From Macrostomum lignano (lineage: Eukaryota): a stretch of DNA of 43,219 bases. Under the pieces are notes generated by a model, which was given only the letters and a program-made list of their open reading frames with translations, ran no database searches and had not been told where the DNA came from. How positions within the stretch are numbered: the first letter of the stretch is position 1; the number at the start of each line of letters is the position of its first letter. Of this stretch, positions 1 to 16,156 are shown in pieces. Made by a program: the position numbers and the translations under genes. Where the stretch lies: the NCBI GenBank assembly GCA_002269645.1, contig NIVC01001506.1, positions 1-43,219 on the forward strand. Direction: 5' to 3'.

Positions 1-130
1 GCAGAGATCCCGGATCCATTTGAGCAGACTCAGACTGCAACGATCGGAAGACCGAAAGAAGCAGAAGAAAAAGCAGACAAAAGTCTCAAGTTTTCCATCT
101 CTGGCTTCGGCTGGCTTGTCCGCCGCGTCC

Positions 131-4766
<4,636 letters not shown>

Positions 4767-4784
<18 letters not shown>

Positions 4785-4950
4785 AAAGAAGAATCTCACG
4801 TTTAAAATGAAGAATCTCATGTTTAAAATGAAGAATCTCACGTTTAAAATGAAGAATCTCACGTTTAAAATGAAGAATCTCACGTTTAAAATGAAGAATC
4901 TCACGTTTAAAATGAAGAATCTCACGTTTAAAATGAAGAATCTCACGTTC
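4767..4950 (+). repeat. 21-bp tandem repeat (~9 copies) overlapping the stop codon of gene 1
   Basis: Unit GAAGAATCTCACGTTTAAAAT; the first copy encodes EESHV* of gene 1. Confidence 0.95.
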
Positions 4951-5487
4951 ACGTCTGTGTAACGACATGTGCATTTCTGCGCGTCATGCATGACTGACAG
5001 TCAAAGTGGAGAGGAACTCAATTTCTAGGAAAAATATACCCAAAGAAAAATGTTTCACCATAATTATGTTGCTTGATTAACCGTAAACCAATAAAAATGT
5101 GAAACCCGCCCAGAAAAAATTGAACTTTGCTAAATTCTTTTGGTTGCTATTGGCAACACCAACAGTTGAGTCAATTTGAAACTGGACCTGACAACCCAGC
5201 GCCCACCAATGCGGTGTTTAAATCGTCATTTTTTGCTCCTGATGCTTAACTATTGAAGCTTATTCGTATTTTTCTGCATTTCTGATGTTCACAAATATTG
5301 GTTATTATTATTACGAAATGTAATGAGCTAAAATGCATGTCCCTATTATCATTGCTCTAGCGTTCGAAACATAAATACAGACCCACAGAATACAGTATTC
5401 TGTGTACTGACCTTTCCACTGCAGTTACTTATTTTCTTCAGTTTAAAAGCTGACTCCTCAAATATCTATGAAATTTGACATTACCCT

Positions 5488-6874
5488 GACACTGAAGCAG
5501 AGACACTGAGACACTACAAGAGACACTGAGACACTACAGGAGACACTGAGACACTGAAGCAAAGACACTGAGACACTACAGGAGACACTGAGACACTACA
5601 GGAGACACTGAGACACTACAGGAGACACTGAGACACTACAGGAGACACTGAGACACTACAGGAGACACTGAGACACTACAGGAGACACTGAGACACTGAG
5701 ACACTACAGGAGACACTGAGACACTGAAGAAAAAACACTGAGACACCACAAGAGACACTGAGACACTACAGGAGACACTGAGACACTGAAGCAAAGACAC
5801 TGAGACACTACAGGATACACTGAGACACTGAAGCAAAGACACTGAGACACTACAGGAGACACTGAGACACTACAGGAGACACTGAGACACTGAGACACTA
5901 CAGGAGACACTGAGACACTGAAGTAAAGACACTGAGACACTACAGGAAACACTGAGACACTGAAGCAAAGACACTGAGACACTACAGGATACACTGAGAC
6001 ACTGAAGCAAAGACACTGAGACACTACAGGAGACACTGAGACACTGAAGCAAAGACACTGAGACACTACAGGAGACACTGAGACACTGAAGCAAAGACAC
6101 TGAGACACTACAGGAGACACTGAGACACTGAAGCAAAGACACTGAGACACTACAGGATACACTGAGACACTGAAGCAAAGACACTGAGACACCACAGGAT
6201 ACACTGAGACACTGAAGCAAAGACACTGAGACACTACAGGAGACACTGAGACACTACAGGAGACACTGAGACACTACAGGAGACACTGAGACACTACAGG
6301 AGACACTGAGACACTACAGGAGACACTGAGACACTGAGACACTACAGGATACACTGAGACACTGAAGCAAAGACACTGAGACACCACAGGAGACACTGAG
6401 ACACTACGGGAGACACTGAGACACTGAACCAAAGACACTGAGACACTACAGGAGACACTGAGACACTGAAGTAAAGACACTGAGACACTACAGGAAACAC
6501 TGAGACACTACAGGAGACACTGAGACACTGAGACACTACAGGATACACTGAGACACTGAAGCAAAGACACTGAGACACCACAGGAGACACTGAGACACTA
6601 CGGGAGACACTGAGACACTGAACCAAAGACACTGAGACACTACAGGAGACACTGAGACACTGAAGTAAAGACACTGAGACACTACAGGAAACACTGAGAC
6701 ACTACATGAGACACTGAGACACTACAGGAGACACTGAGACACTACAGGAGACACTGAGACACTACAGGAGACACTGAGACACTACAGGAGACACTGAGAC
6801 ACTACAGGAGACACTGAGACACTACAGGAGACACTGAGACACTACAGGAGACACTGAGACACTACAGGAGACAG
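5488..6874 (+). repeat. Complex GAGACACT-based minisatellite
   Basis: Modules GAGACACT, GAGACACTACAG and GAGACACTGAAGCAAA are concatenated in recurring higher-order patterns. Confidence 0.97.
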
Positions 6875-7585
6875 GCATCAGGCATCGGTCGGGCATCAAA
6901 GCCCGCTGTCTCTCAGCTCCATATCTCCCGATTCGATGAACGATAGCGCGGCACTGCAAGTGTGCGTCACGGCATCCCTGATCCCCGTGAAGCTTCAAAC
7001 ACTATAAACAATAAATCATTTCAGGAGCTCCTTCCCTTCGAGTCCTGCTCTCCCCCTATTCGAGCTGGCTTGGGAGCAGCAGCGCTCGTTTATCCCATTT
7101 CCTGCAAATAATGTTATACGAAGTAAGTCTCATCCTGCACAGCCATGGCTGCGGGCTAATACTCTCTACTGCTTCTGTCCTTTGAGCTCTTTGAGTTTGC
7201 CTGGAGACACTGCTGATGCAGCTTACAGCATCTTCTGACTTGAATTTTTATGTATAGCATTTTGCAACACCAACTGATTGATGGCTGAGTGTGGTATCAA
7301 ATTATTCATTATCAAAATGATACATTTGCATTTTTAATTAGCTGAATGGAAACAATGGAAGTAAGTATTAGGGTAGAATATTGAGGTGGCAAACATTCAC
7401 AATTTCATTAAAGATTTAGTCCCTGTACAGACCTGAGAGAATCCCGTTTCACCCTTTATACATTCGAATCTCTTCATAAGAGAATCTACCAAAATATTCA
7501 ATTCTTTCTTACTGCAAGCTTGTCTCTGAAGGAATTATCAAACACCTTGCAGCTGTCAGATTCTGCCGCTTTATCAATCACCGTG
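6875..7585 (+). CDS. Putative internal exons of an unidentified gene
   Basis: Candidate exons ~6875-6961, 7025-7122 and 7431-7585, with sites GT|GTGCGT, TTTCAG|G, A|GTAAGT, GTACAG|AC and GTG|GTGAGC. They join in one open frame: ...SPDSMNDSAALQV SSFPSSPALPLFELAWEQQRSFIPFPANNVIRN LRESRFTLYTFESLHKRIYQNIQFFLTASLSLKELSNTLQLSDSAALSITV. A possible terminal exon is 7656-7697. No homology recognised. Confidence 0.45.
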
Positions 7586-7962
7586 GTGAGCAAGTACTCG
7601 AGCATGTAGATTAACAAATTCCGTGTCTGATTTGGTGCTGTTTTTGTAACCTCAGATGATAAAATGTTTCAATGTAAAAAAGTTAATTAAATTGTGATAA
7701 GGGTGTCACTGCACTGAATGCATAAACATTTTAGCTTATCAAAATGGGAAACTAAACTTATCGGAACTGCTAATTCAATTTTTTTAATAAAATGTTCTAT
7801 CTATATCTACACTTGTCGTGCTACTATAGCTAGTAGTGAAATAGCAAACAAAACTATAAAATATGACTATCAAGCAAAAGATTTCCAAGTATTACGCCAC
7901 GAGGACTTCCGAAGCTTTTATAAATAGATTGCTTTGAAATTACAAAAACTGAAAAAAACTAA

Positions 7963-8932
<970 letters not shown>

Positions 8933-9052
8933 GAGGTGCCAATAAAATGCAAAAGTAAAATTATTAAGCGACCCAAATGTAATGTCGAGAACATATTTGT
9001 TGGAAACATATTCAAAGTAAATTTAGCTGCATTCTTGTGTATTTAGAAAGTA

Positions 9053-11069
9053 CTAGCAATAGTTGACCCCCCTTCGGGGAGAGTATTTAGTACAGTTAGT
9101 ACAATATATACATCATACTTATTTTGACACCACAAACTCACCGAATGTGTTCCCCTGCTGGTCTTCGGTCCGGGTGAATCACAATTCGCGCATCTCCCAG
9201 CTTAGGGTCGCCACTGATTCGCTGAACAGCAGCTCGAAGGCTTTGCACGTAGCCGTTGGATTGATGCAGCAGAGTTTGCAGCAGCTTTAGCAGCTCCGGC
9301 TTCACTCTCTGACTGAGGCTCAGGCGGCTCTCCAATTCGCGGTCAGTAAAATACACCTGCCAGCCATGCGGCTCGGCTGAGGGGTCGGCAAGCAGCGGCC
9401 CCATATTGTGATGCAGCTGGCCGCTGATGATGAAGCTGGGACTATAGCCAGGCACCATTCTGAGCTTCACACCCAGAGATGTGAGGTGCAGCACCGCATT
9501 GTAGCTCCTGATGTGGGCCAGGAACTCTGCACTGAGTCGGTGCTGCCCCGTGTAAAGATCTGCCAAGACCTGCGGCATCGTACGGGTGGGCAGCTTCACC
9601 TTGCCCTTGGCGCAGCAGAAGTTGCGCGTCTCTTTGGCCCAAAACAATGCGCCACAGTCATTGCAGGCGTTGTTCATTGGTCCACACTGGTGAGCCGGGG
9701 CCTCTGGCAGCAATGGCTCGGCACGCCTGTGAGTACAGTGGAATAAGACATGTTGTGAGGACAGCAGTTCAAATCAAAAAGACAAATGAAGAAGACTCAC
9801 CGATGATCACCCGATGCTCCAATGTCGGCACATGAGCTGTGGATGTCAACTGGCACTGCCTTTGAGCCGCTTGCCATTGGCCTGGGACACTCTGCACCTG
9901 AAGAAGCTTGCAGAGACGGTCGAAGTCTGAGCGACTCGTAGTGCTCGTGACTCAAGAGCACACGCACAGTGGCATTGGGAGGTCCATGTCAAAGCAGCTA
10001 CTAAACAGAGCTGCCACTTCGTCTGAAATATAAACCCCTTCCTGAAAGGAGGAATTCGCAATCTCATCGGCGCAATCAGGCGCGATGATGCCATTCGCGA
10101 CCAACTGTGGCAAAAGTTCAACTGCACGACAGGCCAACTCGTGCCGAAGGGTAGCGGCATCGGTTTCATGCGGTGTGCCACGTAGCTGGTCGCACACGGC
10201 ATGAAAAAAGCAGTTGCCATCGCCAATGGTGGTATTGACCTGCAACTGACTAAAGGGCACAATAGATTCGACACAAGGTAACCTGGTGACAGATTCACCG
10301 CGCCGACAATCAGCCTGTCTCTGCCGCTGCTCTTCCAGACGGGTAATCCGCTCAGCCTCGTCCTCAGCAGCGCGAAACTCAGCCTGTCTCTGCCGCTGTT
10401 CCTCCAGACGGGCAATCCGCTCAGCCTCGTCTTCAGCAGCGCAAAACAAAGCCTGTCTCTGCCGCTGTTCCTCCAGACGGGCAATCCGCTCAGCCTCGTC
10501 TTCAGCAACGCGACACTAAGCCTGTCTCTGCCGCTGTTCCTCCAGACGGGCAAACCGCTCAGCCTCGTCTTCAACAGCGCGGCGCTCGGCGTCTCGCCGC
10601 CGCTGCTCTTCCAGACGGGCATCGCGCTCTCCAGCAGACTCGGCCAGTCGTCTTTTCTTTTCGTCACGGCTTCTCTTCAAATGGCTTGCGCCACGGCGCA
10701 CCATCATACAGTGGGGCTAAATAGATAAAGCACTATTAGAGGGTTCAAAAACCAAAGAAAAGAAAGAAGGAAAGGAAGCAGTGGGCTACATAAAAACCAA
10801 GCAGCCTACAGCTATTAGCATTATAATCTATGGCCAAAACCGTTTGCAAGCTCTCACTGCCGAAAAAATACATTAGCGAGATGGGCAAAAACCTGTTTTC
10901 TGACAATTGAGAGGCCTCTTTAATTTGGATAGCTTATTAAAAATACGTGTACCGATTCCGGACAATTTGCCATCTAATGGTGCAAAAACGGAGAAAATCG
11001 GTCATTCCGTTCGCAAGATTTTCTGTTACAAGCAAACAAACAAACAAACAAACTCAACTTTAGTATATA
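9053..11069 (-). mobile_element. Internally deleted coding Helitron
   Basis: 3' end: hairpin CTCTCCCC-GAA-GGGGGG (9067-9083), then 10 nt, then CTAG|T at 9053. 5' end: TATATACTAAAGTTGAG(TTTG)n...ACCGATTTT, a typical Helitron 5' arm. It encodes the N-terminal part of RepHel; the Rep and helicase domains are absent. Confidence 0.85.
9142..10707 (-). pseudogene. Disrupted spliced Helitron ORF: STPR-like repeats + OTU cysteine protease + CxxC/CC Zn finger + Helitron N-terminal region
   Basis: Five 23-aa repeats (EDEAERIARLEEQRQRQAEFRAA, 69-bp unit) with an in-frame TAG at ~10517. OTU motifs GDGNCFFHAVCDQL (Cys 10210-10212) and, after a frameshift, VLLSHEHYESL (His 9941-9943). A 74-bp intron at 9727-9800 (GTGAGT..CACAG) restores frame into CNDCGALFWAKE..CCAKGKVKL, IRSYNAVLHLTSLG, GQLHHNMGPL, QVYFTD and NGYVQSL, which are conserved in Helitron RepHel N-termini. 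The ORF ends at a donor EHIR|GTGAGT at 9141. Confidence 0.85.
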
Positions 11070-12549
11070 CGAGGCCAACTCCTCCTCTGGAGGAGAAAGG
11101 GGAAGAATTCCCATCACCGGAACTCCATTCCCTGAAATGCCATTCCATGAAACCCATCATCCAACTCCTCTCCGCGAAACTGAACATCATCGAAATCCTC
11201 TCCGTAAAAGAGAACTCCATCAAACACCTCTCCGTGAAACTGACATTCATCAAAATCCCCTCCGAGAAATAGAAATCCTCTCCGTGAAACTGGACTCCAT
11301 GGAAATCCTCTCCGTGATGTGAAACTGACATTCATCAAAATCCCCTCCGAGAAACAGAAATCCTCTCCGTGAAACTGGACTCCATGGAAATCCTCTCCGT
11401 GAAACTGACATCCATCAAAATCGTCTCCGCGAAACAGAAATTCTCTCCATTAAACTGGACTGAATCGAAATTTTCTCCGTAAAAAAGAATCAACTCTCAG
11501 GATTTAGTGGTTAGGGTTAGGGTTAGGGTTAGGGTTAGAGCTACAACGCAGCAGCGTGTTGAACCAATTGAATTAATTGAATGCGCAACCGATTTCACAG
11601 TCAGTCAGTATCAGTCTCGGTAAAAGTTAACAAAAAGATTGCGCAAACTAAATCAACCCTCCAATACACAGCGACTGACCCCCTTCCAATACGCAGTGGC
11701 AATTAAAAGTTGAACCCCCCCCCCTCCCACCAACTGTTGGGGGGTTGGTCGAACCCCCATTGAACTCCAAAATGAGTACACTGCCGAAAGTTAAAAGTAT
11801 GGAAATCGTTTTTTAAATGCTGTGCTTTTTGTTTTCACATTTAAAGCAAACAACTTATATCCCCGAACTCAGTATTGCAAGATCTTTCCAGTAATATAAG
11901 TCTCTCCTCTGAAAGTTTAAAACTCGAGGAACAGTTAGCGCTTGAAATTTCCTGATTTAAAGCATTAAAGTATCGAGTGTACGTTCACAGCCTGCTAAAG
12001 AGGCTCGCAAGTTTATTCATTAAATTTTACTGCCCAGCAAATACACATGGCTGCCTATTGAATGCCGCCGATAATAAAACCAATTAAATCTCGACACAGT
12101 CCTAGCTATCTCCTTACACTGTACAACTGCTATGTACACTCAGCCCAAGCCCAACCCCCCATTCTGGGGGAATCGTTAAATTTAATTGAACCCCCCAACA
12201 CGCGGGGGTTTTGCATTTAACGCAGAACACGCGCACCCACCCCCCCAAAACACAGCGACCCGCGGGCGGAGGTTGGGATGGCTATTTTTACAAACAGACT
12301 GCAACCCCTCCACTGGAGAGGCAGAGTGGTCACAGAAGGGCCAAAGAAGGTTAGGAAATCAGTTTTCTGCTTTTTTAGGGATCTTAAAATGTAAAAATGA
12401 AAGATTAAAATAGCTATAAACCCAATCCGGAAAATTTGCAGTTTTCCCATATAAGTTTCAACGCTGACTTGCCAGTAGTTTAGGAGAAAAATTGCAACAC
12501 ACATACATACAGACAAACAAACAAACATCGCACCACTTTTAGTATTAAG
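11070..12549 (-). mobile_element. Non-autonomous Helitron-like unit A
   Basis: On the minus strand it starts CTTAATACTAAAA..(GTTT)n and ends with hairpin CTCCTCC-AGA-GGAGGAG plus TTGGC-CTCG. Colinear with units B and C. Contains a ~21-bp AAATCCTCTCCGTGAAAC minisatellite and (TTAGGG)4. Confidence 0.75.
11511..11540 (+). repeat. Interstitial telomeric repeat (TTAGGG)4 + TTAGAG in unit A
   Basis: Direct reading. Confidence 0.95.
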
Positions 12550-13862
12550 CGAGGCCAACTCCTCCTCTGGAGGAGAAAGGGGAAGAACTCCCATCACCGG
12601 AATTCCATTCCCTGAACTCCATCAGCTGAATCCCAAGACCCGAATCCCATCATCCAACTTTTCTCCAAATCCATCAAGATCCTCTTCGCGAAACTGGACT
12701 CAATCGAAATTTTCTCCGTGAAACTGAAATCCTCTCCGTGAAGCTGAACATCATCGAAATCCTCTCCACGAAACAGAAATTCTCTCCGTAAAAATGAAAA
12801 CATCGGAATCGTCTCCGTTTAAACTGGACTCAATCGAATTTTCTCCGTCCAACAACTCAACTCTCCGGATTCATTGGTTAGGGTTAGGGTTAGGGTTAGG
12901 GTTAGAACTACGCTCAGCTGCAAGTTAAAAGGCACCGATAAAAATATTGAATAAATTGCATCAATTGATTGTGCAACCGATTTCACAGTCAGTCAGTAAG
13001 TATCAGTTGAAGTTGAAGTTAACAAAAAGATAGCGCAATCTAAATCAACCCTCCAATACACAGCGATAGTAAGAATTTGAACCCTCCCCCTAACTTTGTC
13101 TATTATGTCTCGCAAAACTAAGTACAATCTTTGCAGGACCTTAAAAGCATGGAAACCATTTTCGTAATTCTAAGCTTTCTGTTTCCATATTTAAAGCAAA
13201 CAACTTACATCCCTGAACTCAGCATTAAAAGATCTTTCCAGCAATATAAGTCTCTCCTCTCAAAGTTTAAAACTCGAGGTACAGTTAGCGTTTGAAATTT
13301 ACTGATTTCCCGACTGCTTGCTAGATAAGCTCGCAAGAATTTCACTGCCAAGCTAATACACAGGGCTGCCTATGGAGAAAAAAAGGCGCCAATAATAAAA
13401 CCAATTGAATCTCGACACAGTCTATCTGTTTACACTGTACAACTGCTATGTACACTCAGCCCAAGCCCTACCCCCCGTTCCGGGGGAATCATTAAATTTA
13501 ATTGAACCCCCCAACACGCGGGGGGGGGTATTTGCATTGAACGCGGAACACGCGCACCCACCCCCCAAAACACAGCGACCCGCGGGCGGAGGTTGGGGTG
13601 GCTATTTTTACAAACAGACTGCAACGAATCCACTGGAGAGGCAGAGTGGCCACAGAAGGGCCAAAGAAGGTTAGGAAATCAGTTTTCTGCTTTTTTAGGG
13701 ATCTTAAAATGTAAAAATGAAAGATTAAAATTGCTATAAACCCAGTCCGGAAAATTTGCAGTTTACCCATATAAGTTTCAACGCTGACTTGCCAGTAGTT
13801 TAGGAGAAAAATTGCAACACACATACAGACAAACAAACAACGCATCACTTTTAGTATTAAGA
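12550..13862 (-). mobile_element. Non-autonomous Helitron-like unit B
   Basis: 5' TCTTAATACTAAAA at 13862; same 3' hairpin plus CTCG at 12550; (TTAGGG)4 at 12878-12901. Confidence 0.75.
12878..12907 (+). repeat. Interstitial telomeric repeat (TTAGGG)4 + TTAGAA in unit B
   Basis: Direct reading. Confidence 0.95.
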
Positions 13863-14059
13863 CGAGGCCAACTCCTCCTCTGGAGGAGAAAGGGGAAGAA
13901 CTCCCATCACCGGAATTCCATTCCCTGAAATCCATCAGCTGAAATTCCATGACTTGAATCCCATCTTCCAAATCATCTCCAAATCCTCTGTAAAGCCTTT
14001 CAAATACCATATCTTGTTTTCCCTGTTCGCAAAAACTGACTGCCATTGTCCAGACTCAG

Positions 14060-14525
14060 ATTCTTCTGTCTCCTCTCTTCTCTTTTCTCTCCTCTCACGT
14101 CTCTCATCTCTACCACCTTATTTATCTCTTCTCCCTCATCTTTCGTCTTTCTCTCCTGTCTCCTTTATCCCCTGTTTTCACCTCTCTCCTCTCTTCTCTC
14201 CTCTCTCATCTCACATCCCTCATGCCTCATCTCACTATTTCTTTCTCCTCTACTCTCAGCTCCTCTCTTCTCTCTTCTCTCATCTCTCCTGTCTCCCTCT
14301 GCTATCTCATATCTTCCCTCTCATCTCCTCTCTCCTCTTTTCTTCTCTCTCCCTCTTCGTTCCCGCCTTACTCCCCTCTTCTCTCCCATCTGTCATGTCT
14401 AATCTGTCCTCTCTCATCTCTACTCTCTTTTCTATAATCTCTTCTCTCTTCTCTTTTCACTCTTCTCTCTTCTCTTTTCACTCTTCTCTCTTCTCTTTTC
14501 ACTCTTCTCTTTACTCTCTTTACTG
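14060..14525 (+). repeat. CT-rich low-complexity tract
   Basis: Pyrimidine-rich tract (CTCT/CTCTTCT), absent from units A and B. Confidence 0.9.
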
Positions 14526-14873
14526 ACTGACTGAAGATACCAAATCCATCAAAATCCCTCCGTGAAACAGAAATCCTCTCCGCGAAACAGAAATCCTCTC
14601 CGCGAAACAGAAATCCTCTCCGCGAAACTGGACTCCTTTCGAAATCCAATCCGCCAAACAGAAATCCTCTCCCTGAAACTGGGCTCCATGGAAATCCTCT
14701 GAGTGAAACTGACATCCATCAAAATCGTCTCCGTAAAACAGAAATACATCTAGATTCTCTCCACGAAAAAGAAATCCTCTCCGTGAAACCGAAAACCATC
14801 AGAATACTCCGTGAAACTGGACTCAATCGAAATTTTCTCTGTCAAAAAGAACTTAACTCTCAGAATTCATTGG

Positions 14874-14891
14874 TTAGGGTTAGGGTTAGAG
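14874..14891 (+). repeat. Interstitial telomeric repeat (TTAGGG)2 + TTAGAG in unit C
   Basis: Direct reading; same position within the unit as in A and B. Confidence 0.9.
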
Positions 14892-15864
14892 CTGCACAGA
14901 GCTGCGTGTTGAATTAATTGAATCAATTAATTGCGCAAACCATTTCTCAGTCAGACAGTATCAGTCTTATTTAAAGTTAAATAAACGGTTGCGCAGTCTA
15001 AATCAACCCTCCAATACGCAGCGGCAGACCCCCTTCCTTTTTCTTTTCATATTTAAAGCATACAACTTATATCCCCGAACTCAGCGCTGCAAGATCTTTC
15101 CAGCAATATAAGTTTCTCCTCTCAAAGTTTAAAACTCGAGGAACAGTTAGCGTTTGAAATTTACCGATTTCCCGACTGCTTGCTAGAGAAGCTCGCATGT
15201 TGATGCATTGAATTTCAGTGTGCAAAAAATACACCGGGCTGCCTAATTGAAAATCAGAGCACGTATCGTTGCGCAATTGTCTATACAGTCAGCCCGTGCG
15301 CCAAGGTCCAAGTGTACACACGCCGCCACTGAGAACGCGAGCACCCCCACTGGAGAGAAAATACACTGCAGAGATAGGAGAAAGTTATGGCGCAATCGCT
15401 CAAAATTCATGCAAATTTTTAGCTCCAAGCAGAAAGAGGGGACAAATAAGATTATCAAAGGTCAAGATTGCAGTTTTTTGCTTTTTTCGGGATCTTAAAA
15501 TGTAAAAATAAAAAATTGAAATAGCCCACTGCCATCCTCGGAAAATTTGCAGTTTTCCCATATAAGTTTCGACGCTGACTTGCAAGTCGTCTAGGAGGAG
15601 ATATGTATCACACAGACAAACAACGCACCAGTTTTAGTATTAAGAAGATTTCTGTGAAATGGCTGAATATTTGGTGGTCTCAAACTCAATAAATTTTTGG
15701 TTATTATATTGATGTTAAAATTTTACTTAGCTACAGTCAATTAGTCAATTATAGTTTAGTCAATAAACGCCACTGCATAGACGGAGAAATTTGGGATAAT
15801 ATTCGCAGTTGTACTGTTAGTCAAACTGATCAAAAAACTCTGAACTCAGCACTCAGCAAGTCAG

Positions 15865-16068
15865 TTATTTCCCAATCCGGCTCTTTGCCTTCGGAGCAGC
15901 CACCTCATCCCAGTTGGCCTCCTCAACGTTTTCCGGCAGGTCGTTGAGCTCGTCAGCCTCCACCAGGTAATTGTCGGACTCGTCATCATCCAGCTCCTCG
16001 GAGGCTGAGACTTGAACTGCAGCGATGGAGACGCAGAGCAGGAAGGTCAGGAAGAACTGCCACTTCAT
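15865..16068 (-). CDS. Small secreted prepropeptide, 67 aa: signal peptide + acidic pro-like region + short basic tail ending -IGK
   Basis: MKWQFFLTFLLCVSIAAVQVSA (signal-like), then 16 D/E in 34 residues, then AAPKAKSRIGK*. AAAAC-ATG start context, GC3-rich codons like the other host genes, TATA box about 80 bp upstream. Confidence 0.8.
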   Translation of the reverse strand: MKWQFFLTFLLCVSIAAVQVSASEELDDDESDNYLVEADELNDLPENVEEANWDEVAAPKAKSRIGK

Positions 16069-16147
16069 GTTTTGGCTTTCGTTTTGTTAAACTCGTGTCT
16101 GCTTCCTACGAGTAATAGTTGGGTTTTACGGCACGCGCGGCATCGCG

Positions 16148-16156
16148 CTTTATATA
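16148..16156 (-). promoter_or_regulatory. TATA box (TATATAAAG) of the secreted peptide gene
   Basis: Consensus TATAWAWR match on the coding strand, 80 bp upstream of the ATG at 16068, followed by a GC-rich spacer. Confidence 0.7.

Larger units (their letters stand above)
13863..15648 (-). mobile_element. Non-autonomous Helitron-like unit C (outermost, with canonical A|TC 5' end)
   Basis: A|TCTTCTTAATACTAAAA at 15648; 3' hairpin plus CTCG at 13863; CT-rich insert ~14060-14525; TTAGGG x2 at 14874-14885. Confidence 0.75.

Noticed and set aside
5636-6674. Cys/Ser/Val-rich ORFs on the minus strand
   Set aside because: Translations of the GAGACACT satellite.
7826-7928. A|TCTATTTATAAAAG on the minus strand resembling a Helitron 5' end with a nearby CTAG
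   Set aside because: No subterminal hairpin and no second copy in the window.
11026-14749. ORFs such as 11026-11331, 12217-12597, 13498-14046 and 13954-14526
   Set aside because: They derive from the internal minisatellite, CT-rich tract or non-coding body of the Helitron-like units; no recognisable domains.
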